A stretch of DNA of 64,000 nucleotides from Camelus ferus (Eukaryota): contig NC_045696.1 of assembly GCF_009834535.1 (NCBI RefSeq), forward strand, positions 17,982,001 to 18,046,000, in the 5' to 3' direction. A program made the translations under genes and the position numbers. Position 1 is the first letter of the stretch. Every line of letters starts with the position of its first letter. The notes beneath the pieces were generated by a model, which saw nothing but the letters and a program-made list of their open reading frames with translations, ran no database searches and was not told where the DNA came from. This document shows, piece after piece, positions 14,064 to 28,784 of the stretch.

Positions 14064-16389
14064 TCTCTTTTGCAAATATATAAAACAAATTTGCAGTCTA
14101 TCAAAAATTCTTTTGGGGGTCAAATCTAGTCATATAGGAATTATCTATCATTGGCAGTGTTTAAAAAACATCTATAAAATCCAGAGTTGCTATGGATGAC
14201 ATGATTTGACATGAAAGTTTGCAATCTCAGATAAAGCATCTGGAAGCATCGTCACTCAAATGGGGACTATATTTCCACTAGAAAATTGTAAAGAATATCT
14301 ATAAAAGTCAGTCCCACTCTGAACAATGTGCTTATACACTTATATGTCGGTTTTCAAACATAGGTGTGCTCAATCCCAGTTCTAGTATGTTGACTGTGTT
14401 TTAAATCACTATGATTAGGACCTAATTCATTAATGATTATGATCAGACTGTTAAATAAATATTAACCTTTGAAATCTATACAGAGTGGGACAAATGACAG
14501 GATTGACACATATATGTGAATTTATGTTTATGGCATATATATGTGCCTATGTAGACAGAAACACACATACACATAAGCTTAAAATGAGTTCATGTGAAAG
14601 AAATATGAGCATCAGTTCTGTGGGAATTATTTCATGCAATATGTTGCTTTCCCAAATATTGGTTTTGGAATGTCAGAAATTAAAACAAAACAACAGACAA
14701 CAATAAAAGCAAAACAAAAGATAAGAAAATAAAAACCAGATGAGACATTTCCTTTCCCTTTCAGGAAACTTGTTACTGGAAACTTAGTCTCTATCCTAAA
14801 ATTTAGGTCTGCTCATTTTTGATCAGGTTGGCATTTGTGTTCTATGATACTCAACATTTCATTAAATATATAAAGATTAATTTTTGCTGATTATAAAAAT
14901 TCACTTATTTATCAGAATTGTTTGATGATAGGCATACCTAACATATTCAACTTACATATTTTCGCTCTCTACTACTCACCAAAGAATTAATAGCATAAAT
15001 TTTTTTTACATCTTTATCTTCCATGTGAAATGTAACTGCATTGGATAGGTAGCTAACACCATACAAGCAGAGCTGCCATCAAGATGCCAGACTACAGTTC
15101 AGCCAACATGTTTGGTTAAGATTTTCTGCAACTTGTAAAGCTATGGCAAGGTGATTTCAGACTGGGGAACATGGGACCAAAATAATTGATCTTCAAACTG
15201 CTAATTTCTCCTAATAAATTATTAATTTTGAGGCTAATAATTTTGCCTCAAGCTACTCATGTGATTTTTGACCCTGTCTCTGTTTTTTAAATTTTTTTAT
15301 GGTTTAAATTGTAGATATTACATTTAATAAATATGTGATAATGTTATTTTACTATCCACTGCATTAGACTTCTGTGTTCTTTCTACAGAGCTCATAAAGT
15401 TAAAATGTATTTCTATAATTCAGAATAAGATATTCACTTAAATTTGCAAATTTAACTGCTTACATTTTAAAAATTACATTTATTTAATTTATATACAATT
15501 AATTTTATTTTTTATGTGAAGATTGAAATGGTTATATTTATCTTTCATGGTCAACATAAGATTTCCTTCAAGAGTATGATTCCCAGCACCACTGCACACA
15601 AGAGTTCACACTCCCACTACTATTCTACCTAAAAAAAAAAAGTATGTAACCCCAAGATTGTAAAAAAATTTTTCCTAGTAATGTGATTATACCATTCAAC
15701 CTCATAGTTCATGGCAGAGATCAGGCACGTCCCCTTTCTATTTTGCCAGGGGAAACAGGGGGTGAGTGGCACGCAGCATTTGGTCCCTTTTAGTACTTGA
15801 CATTTGCTCACCTGATACGGCATGAAAGAGACATAAATTTGAGTCATGAACTTAGTTTCAGGCTAGAAAATCTGGATTTCTACTGTATCTAATAAAATTC
15901 TTGAGACTCGCTAGATAAACTGAAGGAGGAATCTTCATATTTCAAAACTAGAAGGAAAATTTAACTTCAGGCTTAACCCATGACCTAGATTGAGCCTGAC
16001 CCAGATGATTTAAAGTTGGAAATCTTAATTATTTGGTAGTGTCTCACCATTAACTCCTTGAATCAGAACATAGGATAAAGAAACCTGCGTCATTAAAACA
16101 GAGACAATTTACCTTTAACCTTCCTCAAATTGAAGCATCTTCATTCAATTTACCCATTAATTTAACTATGTAGTTTCTCTCTTTTTCATTATCAAATGGA
16201 ATATGAGATGTGATGGCTAATTTAGCCAGTACTTAAAAGTCAAAAAGTTGTCTGTGAATGGAGTAAATTACTCATAGTGGAGAGCCTTTCTATGGAAAGG
16301 CATTTCAAAATTATGAATCACTTTAAATTAGGCTATATGGTAAATGCTTACATAAATATATTTACAGAAATGTCAATATATCACTAGGA

Positions 16390-17306
16390 GCATCAGAAAA
16401 TCAGGAAGAAAAGTTTACTGAAACTTTAATAGATATCATTCAATCTCAGGAAAAAGAGGCTAAAACTTGATGGAAAAAAAAAAAAAAAAAGAGTTTCAAT
16501 GACCAGAGGGAAGTAACAAGTGGTTTAATATATGTGTACTTCAGATTTGAACAAATGAGAAGAGAGGGAGTGGGGAAGAAAAATATTGAAATAAACAACT
16601 GGATTTTTTTCTATAAACTTACAATTCAAGAATTGCTGACTACAAACCCTCTGCTGTAATTTAAGCCTATAGAGAAAGAGAAATTATAAAATAAAGTGAA
16701 AAAAATCAATCATATAGAAAATAGGATAATGATACAGAAAATCAACTAAACCAAAAGTTATTCCATTAAAAAGATCAATGAAATTGATAGAACTCTAGCA
16801 AACTTAGAAAAAGAGAGAAAATGAAATTACCAAAAATAACCAAAAATGAAAGAGGGGCTGTCTCTATTTAATCCTATCAACACTAATATTTAATAATTGA
16901 ATGTTACTAATCACTTAATGCCACAAGTTTGATAAATTAGATGAAATGGACAAATTCCTTGAAAGGCAAAAGAACAAACAAAACAAAGAGAAGTAAACAA
17001 CCTAAATAATTCTCTATTATTAAAATATTAAACAAATAATTAATAATCCTACAAAAAGGAGAAACTCCATTCTCAGGTTTTTTAAGTGATAAAATTCTAC
17101 CAAACATTTAAGAAAGAAATAATACCAATTCTCCACATTCTTTTCCAGAAAAAAGCAGCACAGGAAGACTTCCTACCTTATTCTATGAGTCAAGCATCAC
17201 CTCAGTACTAAACTTAGATAAAGACACTACAAGAAAACAAAACTCCAGACTGTATTTTTCCCAGGTACACATCTCTCATGAACATAAACACAAAAATCCT
17301 CAACAA
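16390..17306 (+). mobile_element. Old L1 fragments (ORF1 remnant and ORF2 EN-RT linker)
   Basis: AAAAGATCAATGAAATTGATAG, TTAGATGAAATGGACAAATTCCTTGAAAG, TTCTACCAAACATTTAAGAAAGAAATAATACCAATT, ATGAACATAAACACAAAAATCCTCAACAA. Confidence 0.88.
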
Positions 17307-17309
17307 GTG

Positions 17310-17760
17310 ATATCATTAAGATGGAAGGCTAGAAAACTGAAAGGCAGAATCTCCCATAGAAACAAACAAACAAACACAAAAAAACAACTAGAGACTGGCA
17401 AAAATAGCTGTATAGAAACTCTGAAAAATATTCAAAGGTACACAGCAACCAAGCAAATGACCAGTGAAGCAAAAGTCCCACTCAAATTCTTAGGAAATTT
17501 TGTGGTGTTTTGCTTACCCTTGTCCATTCCTTCCTGTAACTTGTGTGGTCTTGGTCTGGAGAAGGTGGCAACCCAAATCCCAGTTCCCTGCCCTGAATGG
17601 GAATGAGCAGAGCAGACATTTTACACAATGTTCTCACCTGTCCCAGGTGCCTAAAGGACTGGTCTCTATTTCATGTAACCTGAAGCTCCCGTAGGGAGAG
17701 GCAAGGTAACTGGGATCTCAGGCTGTAAAGAGCAGCTGAAGCAGCGGTCACTGTCCATAA
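17310..17760 (+). mobile_element. Probable old L1M 5'-region fragment
   Basis: GAAACTCTGAAAAATATTCAAAGGTACACAGCAACCAAG and GTGGCAACCCAAATCCCAGTTCCC resemble L1M 5' sequence (recall). Confidence 0.5.
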
Positions 17761-19147
17761 ATTCAGAGCTAAACAGGAAGTGTTTTGGACAAATTAATCT
17801 TTCAGACACCACATAACAGTAGTCATTTTAATAAGAGTGAATTATTCTATTAAAAGACAGAATATAAAATATCTATATAGATGTATTGTTTACTCTCAAA
17901 GCAATAGCAGTACAAGAGAAAAAGAACACCTAGTTTGCAGTACATTTTGTCAAAGTAGCCAGTAACTGTAACATAAATACATTGATTATATTTTAATATA
18001 TTTTCCTGGCATCATAAAGGCTAGTCATAAGTGTTATTTATTCCTAAAGTTTACCATTTTTTAAAAGATGACTTTCTCTCTTTTTTTTCTTTTTTTTTTG
18101 CATGTACAAATACAAGAAACTCACTTTTATTTCACTAGTGTATGGGTAAAATCGTCGGAAACTTTATTTCACTTCAAACACCCAATTTGTTCACTGTAGT
18201 ATAGTTAGGATGCTTGTGTTATTTGTACACATAAAATATGCTCAACCAAATCAAAAATAATGGCTCTGGGCAATCAGGAATAAAAGACTGCAAATTAGTC
18301 TTGAATAAGTATCTGAATGGAAAGGAAATATCACATAAAAGTGTTTCATCTCAGATTTTTATTTGTTTGTTTTACAATTGTCTAGCATATGGTGTTGCAT
18401 GGTGTTACCACCAAAAATACCTGGGCAATAATTCTCCAACTTAACAATTAGCATACAGTTTTTGTCAGTTCTTAGAAGATCAATAAAAGGATAGCTTAGT
18501 TATCTTAAGTTCTTTGAGATTCTAATTACTCATTCAGAATAATTTACAACATCAACAGTAAACATATTATTTAGACAATGGTCATTAATATAATTAAAAT
18601 ACACTTTTCTACTTAGAGACATGTATATTTTAATAATTGCCAAATTGCAAAGAAAATTGATACAACTTAAGTCATCACAAAATATAATTTATGAAGTGTT
18701 AAAGGTTAATTAACGCATTTCCAAGAACACTAAGCAAGGCAGTGAAAAAATGTTTTCCTTTTTTACCAGAGTACCCGATATTAGGATATCATATTTAGGT
18801 ATCCTTTAATGCAAGCTGCTACAATGTTAGAAGTTCTGTAAATAAGTTATTACAGATATAATGGGACTGATAATTGTTTTATTTATTATAATTTTGAATT
18901 AATTTAATCTTTACATTTCAAATAAAAAGGGCTACATGTCTAATTCTTAACAATTATCTTCAATAGGTAATAAAAGTGGAGTTATTCATAAAGTTTTCTG
19001 AATCAGAAGCTAGTCCGTGTCATTTACTATAATTTGCTGAGTGGAATTTAGCCCATGTCCACAATATGTCATATATCTTAACCAGTGATTTGGGGAATAG
19101 GAAGCTTAGTCCAAGTTGAAATGTACCCCTACCTCCACAAAAGCAAA

Positions 19148-19500
19148 CTGTAGTCCCCTCTTATCCATGGGGGTATATTCCAAGACCCCCAGTGGATGCC
19201 TGAAACCATGGATAGTACCAAATCTTATATATACCATGTTTCTTCATATATATGTATATATGTGTGTGTGTGTATATACATATATAAATATACACATACA
19301 TATATACACACACAACTATGATAAAGTTTATAAATTAGTCATGGGAAGCGACCAACATTAACTAAAATATAGAACAATTACAATGATTAACTATAATAAA
19401 AGTTATGTGACTGTGGTCTCCGTCTCTCTCAAAATATCTTATTGTACAAATTTAATGCCTTTTGCATCTTAACCAAGCACTTATCAAACTGGGGCCATAA
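19148..19500 (+). mobile_element. MER44/Tigger7-type TcMar DNA transposon fragment with an internal (TA/TG/CA)n microsatellite
   Basis: TAGTCCCCTCTTATCCATGGGGGTATATTCCAAGACCCCCAGTGGATGCCTGAAACC...GTGGTCTCCGTCTCTCTCAAAATATCTTATTGTAC. Confidence 0.85.
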
Positions 19501-22500
19501 CCCACTAGGAAACAAAAGTTAAAAACACAAAGGAGGGATACATCTAAGCATTGGTATATTTGATTAGGAAAAAATTAAAACTTAGAGTACTTCCCCTTCT
19601 AAAGTAATTTAGTCATATAATATTCCTAGTATCTTTTGTAACATGGAGGTATAAATGATGCTTAGGTCTGTTCCCTAAACTGTTAGGAATTTGGGGATTC
19701 TGTTTTAAGTACATTTGTGAGTCAGAGATAGTTAAAAATCCAGCTCTTTGATATCTATTAGTGGATTTTTGTACAATAACATATTTGCTTTTTAAATGTA
19801 GAAATATTAAACACAACAATTAAGAGCTTAGAGTATCTATACTCATCCAGAAGGAAAGAAGTGTTGCTACTTTACTGTAGGTCCACTCTGATCATGGCTA
19901 AATTTCTTCCAGCTCTCAACATGCTTTATGTGTAGAGACATACAGGAAAGCTAAATAAATGGATGGCTTTGGAAAACATAATTTTATCTATTCAAAAAAA
20001 AAAAAAGTTGGATATGCCATGGGATAACAAATTTACCACAGAAATTTAGGTGCCCTTTCTGTTCAATGAGGAAAATATGTGAACTGGGTTAAGTTTGTTT
20101 GGAGTTCATATGCTTTCTTGTGCTAATAGATACATGCATTTACATAACAGTCCCTAGTGGTGGTGTTTATTTTCTTACAGTGGAAATACAATTAATTTTA
20201 ATTCATAGAATGGAAAAATCCTGTGTGGTATCTGGCAGTTGTGAATAAATATTTCACTTATTCTTATTGAAAGTGAAACAAAACAGACTTATTTTAAACT
20301 TTTCATAAATTTTAGTCCACAAGTAGAAAGAGCTGCGGAGAAAGTGCCTTTGCTTATATACAATTTTAAAAGCTATGAGTTATATTTTTGGGGTCTGGGT
20401 GTTTTGCCACTAACCCTGCATTTATGTGTATTAGCTTTTATGGACTCTAAGCCATTGACTCACTAACTTCTGACTTAGCATTTTTGAGAATATTTATGTT
20501 TGTAATAACCCTATCATAAACTCTGATTTTGTAACTTTAAATATATTTCTGACCTAGTATTGGGTTTAGATTTCCTTCCAGATTAATTCTGGATTGAGGA
20601 GACAAAGGCTATATATTTTATGACTATTACCCTCTAGCAAAGATTTAAGCTTCTGCTTAACCATAATCACTATAACATACATGAAATGACAACTTTGGAA
20701 TATAGACACGTGGGATCATTAATAAAGCTGACCCTTCCTCTTGGCAAGGGCAATGATATAGTCTCTTGTACAAACAGATTAGGCAAAGAGATTAGAAAAC
20801 AGACTTAGTGAAAATAACCCTGGATAATTTTGCTGAAGTACAGAATGTCCACAGGGATTTGCTAATTGAATTGTTACAGGCATGGATGAGCAAGTTAACT
20901 ACTGTGGTGCCACGTGTTCAGGGATTTGCTATGTCTCATGATGTCAGCCAAGACTGATTGCCAGGACAGGGGTGTGTGTCTCAACAGTTTAAAACAGTTT
21001 GTCTCCCTGGAGGTAGGTTCAATGTTGTTGCAGTGATAATTGAAATTTACAGGCAATGACACTATGAACTTGTCTTAATGGATACATTTTACAGTAGGGA
21101 AGCAAGAATGCAGTCATTTTTTCTCTTATCATTTGACTAATTTTCCAAGCTAACAATTAATTTATTATAAATAATATACAATAATTGGTCCACATTTGTA
21201 AACCAAACCCAAAACCTGAGGGTATTATATTATTGAATAATGTTCTTTATGAAACATAGCTTATTTTTAGTTAAATGTGAACACATAGGAGGAATTAGAG
21301 AGTTACTAGTGGAGTATTATTTGGATAATTGATATAGACAAACTCCTACACAACCTCTGAAAAATCTCTGGAAAAGACAATAGAAATTAGCCAAAATACC
21401 ATTCTGCACACAATAGAACTGTTTTCATGATACCTTGTCTTTCTAAATCATCTAGGTTTGAGTTCTTATTTACAATTCTGAGTCTTCTTATAATAGTCAT
21501 CTATTTTTATCCAGTTGTATGTCCTATTATAATGATATTTCTATGATTTTAACAGTGTTTTGGGGTGAATGTATATGTATGTGTGTGTATATATAACAGT
21601 TGAATGTTTATTTGCTATTTATTTAGGATTCTTTGTTTCCATTTCTTTTAAAGTCATTTTTCCTCTTCCTATTTACCAAACAGCAATGTATTTGATTCCC
21701 CTACAAACTGTAATTTGTGCAAAAAGAGTGTTTAAATTACATTTCAATCAAATTTTGCTTATTATTTTTCTGTATGATGGAATAATGGAGTAGAAATTCT
21801 ATTATGTAGAAGTTCCTTCATTTTTTATTAAAATCAGATTACCTTTTCCCATTATATCATCAGGTATATTCCTACCTGGAGATGAGAAAATGTAAGAGAA
21901 TTTGCAGAGAGGAGGAAGACATTTTCTTTTCCCCCGTCAAAAGACACTAGAAGAACTTGCATAAATAGTGATTTGTCATATAATCATTTAAATAGTAATT
22001 GCTGAAGTTTTTTGAGAAGCTTTTAGGAACTTTTACATATTCTGGGAAGGTTAAAAAATAATTATAGAGCTATCCTTAAGGCTTTTTACAAAAAATATTT
22101 ATAGTCGACAAAATCTTCAGCCTATTCTAACTAGCTTTCCTGTACAACCCTGAAAACCACTAAATAAAGCTATAAAGCAGGTTAAAATGCAGAGTAAGTA
22201 TCAGTGATGAACGGAAATCATGAATGGTAAATTCTGAAGACTGACTTTTTACGTGCTTCCCAATTGCCGATAAAAATCACAGTAAAATTTGTTTCTGTGA
22301 CATTACCTTTGAAGATTATTACTCTGTATTCTAGACGTAGATTTTCCATTCTCTATTCACAACCCCTTTGCATGTATGTAAGAAGCAGCGTAAGTGCTAG
22401 ATACCAACATCTTCCAACATGCATTAGCAGAGAAGTCACAGGTGTATGACAAATGCTAATAAAATTCTTAATGAATCTTCTCAGACATTTCTTAAATATA

Positions 22501-24124
22501 AGAGTTACACATTTCCTTATTTATTTTACTTAGAGAACAAACATTGTCCAAACACTCCTTACAGTTCACAGGTTTACTGTAGATTCTAAAGGAAAATAAA
22601 AATAAAATTTGAGAGCTCTTAAGTATTCTTAGGTACTTTGTGATTGCTGTAGTGATAACCGCTACCTGCCTGCTTTGTTCAAAGCTCCTAAGGAAGAAAA
22701 AATAGGCACTCTGATATTTGAAGATTGTTCAAGACAAAGATATTTTTGGTGTTTTTCTCTTAGTCTGATAGCATATGGGAAAGTAAGGAACAGATTTACA
22801 AAGTTGATGGGTCAGTCAAAACCCTGAATTCCATCACCAAAATAATTATTTTCATTTAGATGAGCAAGCTGAGTCAGAAATTCCTTTAAAGATCTTTATG
22901 TCTTTCTTTCTCGCTTTGCTTCCTATTTACCCTGTTTCTGTCTCTCTCTGTTTATCTTTACCTTTCTCAATTATTTTTTCAGTGCTTAATTAAACTACCT
23001 TCAATTTAAATCTGAAATAAAAAATATACATTTCAGTGGAAAAAAGCATAGAAGATATAAATGTATATTTTTATAGAAGCATTTTACATGAAAGGTAATG
23101 TTACAGCAGTAATTACTATGTCTTCATTTTAAAGTTCCATTTTTTCATAGTAGTAAATATGACACAGTTAATATTTTCATATAGGACAAAATCATGACTT
23201 TTCCTGAAAGTTATTCTGTGACATTTTACACAGAAATTACTTACTATAAAAAAAATTTACAAAATTTCTTCCAAATGAAAGTCTTTACACCAGACTCTGT
23301 TTATTTTAGTAAATAATATATATCTTTATATATCACATTATCATATTTGTAAACATTAAAAGGCAAAGAAATCTGGTACCAGCTCATTAATATACATCTT
23401 GAGTCTTTTTTTTTTTTTTTTTTTTTGCATAGCTTTAGTTGTACAATAAAACTACAGAACAGAAAACCATTAGATCTGATTAGGCTAGATACAAAAAACA
23501 AAATAATCATCACTGTTTACTGTTTTTGTTTTCATAAACTTCCTTATTTACTTCCTACCCTTTCTCAAATAGATCTGTGATTAATTCTATATTGTTCAAT
23601 TATTATATGACAAAGGAAAATATACTGTTTGAAAAACTTTTTGTTGATACAAGATAATATTATCATATTTATTCACGCTATTTGGAAATACGTCTATTTT
23701 ACTTTGAAAAGAGAATGTTTATATATCTTCATTAGAATTACAACTGAATTTTTCCCACCATTGGTTTTATACATCTTTTTTGTGAATCCTCTACTTAGTG
23801 AATAACATTGTGATACACCCTACCAATGATTTAGACACACATATACACACAACTACACACGCACAGGAAAAAAGCAAAAAAAAAAAAGGCAACAAACAAA
23901 AAAATCCTCTCAACTTGTTAGTTTTCTGCCTTAATTTTGGTTAACTGAAACATTTTTGTTGGTCCTATTTGAGCTTGATTCATGTTACAAAATTAGAGAA
24001 TTTAGCACACTTACTCTTTCTTTTTCTTTCTTTCTTTCTTTTCTCTTTTTTCTGTCTGTCTTTCTCTATTTATTTATTCATTTAGTTCATCTATTAATGC
24101 CATGATAGAAAAGTAGAATCAAAA

Positions 24125-27100
24125 TGAACTTCAACAATGCCTCAAGCCTCACTCCGCCATGCTCTAGACACCAGTGTCTCTCAGAGGGGAGCTCTTATAC
24201 ATGCCCGGTGTCCCAGTTTTTACATCAAGTGCCCTGGATATTGTGGCTGACAGCCAGGGGATACCTTTTGATCTCCTGGCTCTGATGGCTGGGGACGGGG
24301 GGTTCCATTCTGGGCTCTATGGGACTAAAAGGACCAGAAAGACAGTTCTTGGCAGGCCACCACCCCCAGAGAATTATACAGACAGCAGACTGAAGTACAC
24401 CCACAGCCCTTCTGTGAAAGAGACCTACTTGCTTGTCCTGGAGCTCTGGCCTTAAGAGCAGGCCTCAGGTTTGGCACCCATAGAGAGGCCATGGAGTTTC
24501 CTTCTGGGAATGCAGTCCAGGGGAGGCTATCTTTACACTTTGCCTCTACCTCACTACAGCTCATTTGTCATTTCTTCCAGAAAGGAGCTTATATACTTAT
24601 CTGGAGCTCTTATTTTTATGAGTGCCAACTAGGGGATACCTCCAGACTGCCTGGCTCTTGGGGTTTACACTTGTGGTCCCCTGTATATATTTGCATTATT
24701 AAAAGCTACTGCCTGAGGGTCTGGCTTCCAAGCACCCTGAATCTAGGTGCTAAATGAGACCCTCCTCGTTGGGACACTGAATGGTCTTGACATACCTTCA
24801 GTTACTCAGAGCTATTAAAAATAAAATAGACTGGTCGGACAATTACAAAGATTTGAGCTACAACCAAGAAGGGCAAGGTTGAATGATAAGTTTTATCTCC
24901 TACACAAAGTCAACCCTTAAGGCTGGAGAGGTGGCTATTTAATGCATAGAAACAAAATCAGAGGGTCAAGAAAAATACGAGGAATATGTTCCAAACAAAA
25001 GAACAAGCTAATACCTCAGGAAAAAAAAAAAAACTTAATGAAATGGAGATAAGTAACTTACTTGATAAAGCGTTCACAGTAATGGTCATAATTATGCTTA
25101 CCAAATGCGGTATAAGAATGGATAAACACAGTGAAACCTTCAAAAACAGACAGAAAAATAAAGTATCAAACAGAAGTCACAGAGCTGAAGAATACAATAA
25201 TTCAACTAAAAAATACACTAGTAAGGTTCAACAGCAGAACAGTTGAAGCAAAGAAAGAATCAGTAAACTCAAATATAGGCAAGAGAAACTCACCCAATCA
25301 TAACAGCAAAAAGGAAAAAAGAAAGGATGAAAAAAGTGATGACAGTTTAAGAAAATAATGGGACAACATTCAGCAGACTAATTCTCATTAAAGGAGTCCC
25401 AGAAGGATAAGAGAGAGAGGTGGGCAGAAAATGTATTTGAAGAAGTAATGGCTGAAAACTTCCCAAACCTGGAGAAAGAAACAGATCTACAGATCCAGGA
25501 AGCCCAGAGAGTTCCAAGTAAGATGAGCCCAAAGTGTTCACACCGAGACACATCATAAATAAGCTATCAAAAGTTAAAAAAAAAAAAAAAGAAAGAAGTT
25601 TAAAAGCAGTAAAATAAAAACAATTTGTTACATACAAGGAACCCCCAATAAGACTATCAGAAGAATTTTCAGCAGAAACTTTGCAAGCAAAAACAGAGTG
25701 ACATGATATATTCTAAGTGCTGAGAGGAAAAACTTCCAACCAAGAATACTCTCCCTGGCAAAGTTACCATTCAGAATTGAAGGAGAGATAGAGTTTTCTA
25801 AACAAGGAAAAGCTAATGGAGTTCATCACAACTGAAACAGCCTTAAGAAATGTTAAAGGGACTTCTATAGCTTTTAAAAAAAAATGGCACTAATTAGTAA
25901 CAAGAAAACACCTGTAAGAACAAATCTCACTGACAAAGTTAATTATATAGTAAATATAGTAGATTAATCACTTATAAAGCTAGTATGAAGATTAAAGACA
26001 AAAGTAGCAAATTTAACTGTAACTATAATAATTAGTTAAGGGATGCACAGGATAAAATATGTAAAATGTAACAATAAATCATAAAATGAGGGGAGAAAAA
26101 TTAATAGCTTTAGAATACATTCAAACTTTGTTCAAATTCAAAGTTGGCTATCAACTTAAAATAGACTGTTATAAATTCTTATACCTATAAGACTCATAGT
26201 AACCACAAAACAAAAACCTATAGTAGATAAATAAAAGTTAATAAGAAAGGAATCTAAGCATACTATTAAAGAAAGTAATCAAACCATCAAAAAAGATAAT
26301 AAGAGAAGAAGAAACAGAGGAACTTAAAAAAAAGAAGAAGAAAGAAACCAGTCATAAAACAAGTAATAAAATGGTAAAGTACATCCCTATCAATAATGAC
26401 TCTAAATATGAATGGACTAAATTCTCCAACTAAAATACAAAGAGGGCAGAATTAATTTTAAAAAAGGCATATCTATATACTGCTTAAATAATACTCACTC
26501 CAGACGTGAGAATATGTACAGAGTAAAAACGAAGTGATGAAAAAAGATATTCCATGAAGATAAAGGAAAGCTGGGATAACTATGCTTATATGTGACAAAT
26601 AGACTTTAATTCAGACTGCAATCAGAGACAAAGAAAGGTATTGCATAATGATAAAAAGATCAACCTAAAAAAAGAATGTAAGATTTGTAAATATATATGC
26701 ACTCAAAAGAGAATATCTAAATATATAAAGCAAATATTAACAGACCTAAAGGGAGAAATTAACAGTCATACAGTGATAGTAGGGGACTTAAACAGCCCAC
26801 ATCAATCAATGGATAGATCATTGAGACAGAAAATCAATAAGACAACAGTAGTATTAAATGACATGTTAGACCAGATTGACAACAAATATATACAGAGCAT
26901 TTCATCAAAAAATGAAAAAAATACATATTCATCTCAAGTGTACAAGAACATTCTTCAGGACACATTTTATGTTAGGCCATAAAGCAAATCTTAATAAATT
27001 TAAGAAGACTGAAATCATCAATCATATTTTCTGACCACAATCGTATGAAACTAGAAATCACTTACAAGAACAAGAACGAAAAATGCACAAAAATGTGAGA

Positions 27101-28365
27101 ATTGAACAATATGCTACTGAATAACCAGTGGGTCAATTTTGATATCAAAATAAAAATTAACAAAATAACTTGATATTAAAGAAAATGTAAATACAATATA
27201 CAAAAACTTATGAGATGCAGCAAGAGAAGTTCTAAAAGGAAAGTTCGTAGCAATAAATGCCTACTTTAAGAAACAAGAAAAGTTTCAAGTCATGTAACTC
27301 TACACCTCAAGGACCTAGGGAAAAAAAAAGCCCAAAGTTAGTAGAATAGAAGAAATAACAAAGTTCAGACCAGAAGTAAATGAAATAGATACTAAAAAGA
27401 TAATAGAAAAGACTAATCAAACTAAAAGCCAGTTTGCTGAAAAGATAAACAAAATTCACAAACCTTAGGTAGACTCCGTAAGAAAAATATAGAGAGGACT
27501 CTAATAAACAAAGTCAGAAATGAAAGAGAAGATATTACAACTGATACCACAGAAATACAGTGAATCATGTGACTACTATGAACAAATTGAACAATTTAGA
27601 TGAAATGGATAAATTCCTAGAAACATAAATTTTTCTAAAATAAAACAGAAAATCTGAGACCAATTAGTAGTAAGATTTAATCATTAATAAAAAAATTCCC
27701 AACAAACAAAAGTCCAGGACTAGACAACTTCAGTGGTAAATTTTACCAGACATTCAAGGAAATGTTACCAATCCTCAAACTCTTTCAGAACATGGAAGAG
27801 GGGAAACACATATTCATTTTACAAGGCCAGTATTCCCCTGATACCAAAACCAGACAAGGACATTACAAGAAAGAAAAGATAATTTCAGACCAATATCCCT
27901 GATGAACATAGATACAAAAATCCTCAACCAAATATCAGCAAACCAAATTCAACAATGCATTAGAAAGATCACGTACCATGATCAAGTGGGATTTATTCCA
28001 GGATGCAAGGATGATTCAACTTCTGCGTATCAATCAATGCTAACACACCACATTATCAGAATGAAGAATAAAAATCATATCGTCATCTCAATAGATGCAG
28101 AAAAAGCATTTGACAAAGTTCAACATCTGTTTATAATAAAAACTCTATTTAACATGTGGGTGGAGAGGGAAAGTACCTCTACATTCTGTGGGTATCACAA
28201 ACCCACAGCTAAGGTCATACTCAATGGTAAAAAGCTTAAAGCATTTCTTCTAAGATCAGGAAAAAGAAAAAGGTGTCCATTATTGCCACTTTAATTCAAC
28301 ACAGTATACTGGAAGTCGTAGGCCAGAGCAATTAGGCAAGAAAAGAAATAAAAGGCATCCAAAGA
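24125..28365 (+). mobile_element. Degenerate L1: 5' UTR, ORF1 and ORF2 up to the RT domain
   Basis: ORF1 remnants ~24940-25870 (MFQTKEQ...EMLKGLL*). ORF2 from ~26371: endonuclease (IVGDLNSP) and RT ([34 protein letters not shown]). Many stops and frameshifts. Confidence 0.93.
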
Positions 28366-28371
28366 GAAATG

Positions 28372-28770
28372 GAAACCTTGGATGGACCTAGAATTTATCA
28401 CACTAAGTGAAATAAGTCAGACAGGGACAGAAAAATACTGCACATTATCACTTACATGTGGAATCTAAAAAACAAAACAAATAAATCAATATAACAAAAA
28501 GAGATACAGACTCATGAATACAGAGAACAAATTAGAGACTGTCAGAGGGGAAGAGACTGAAGGGGATGGTGAAAGAGAGGAAAGGAAGTATGAGCTACAA
28601 ACTGTCAGTTTTAAAAGAAGTAAGTTACAGGAATGTAATGTACAGCACACAGGGCAAACAGTCAGTAATACTGTGAGAACTTTGAGTCGTGCGTAATGTT
28701 TAAAAAACCAAATCATTATGTTGTTCACCTGAAACCAACATAATATTGTGGTTCAACTCTACCAAAAAAA
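28372..28770 (+). mobile_element. 5'-truncated L1 3' end (L1MA/artiodactyl-type) at the deletion junction of the older L1
   Basis: ORF2 end (TGGATGGACCTAGA...CTAAGTGAAATAAGTCAGACAG), typical 3' UTR and an A-tail. Confidence 0.8.
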
Positions 28771-28784
28771 CTTTTGAGTTAAAA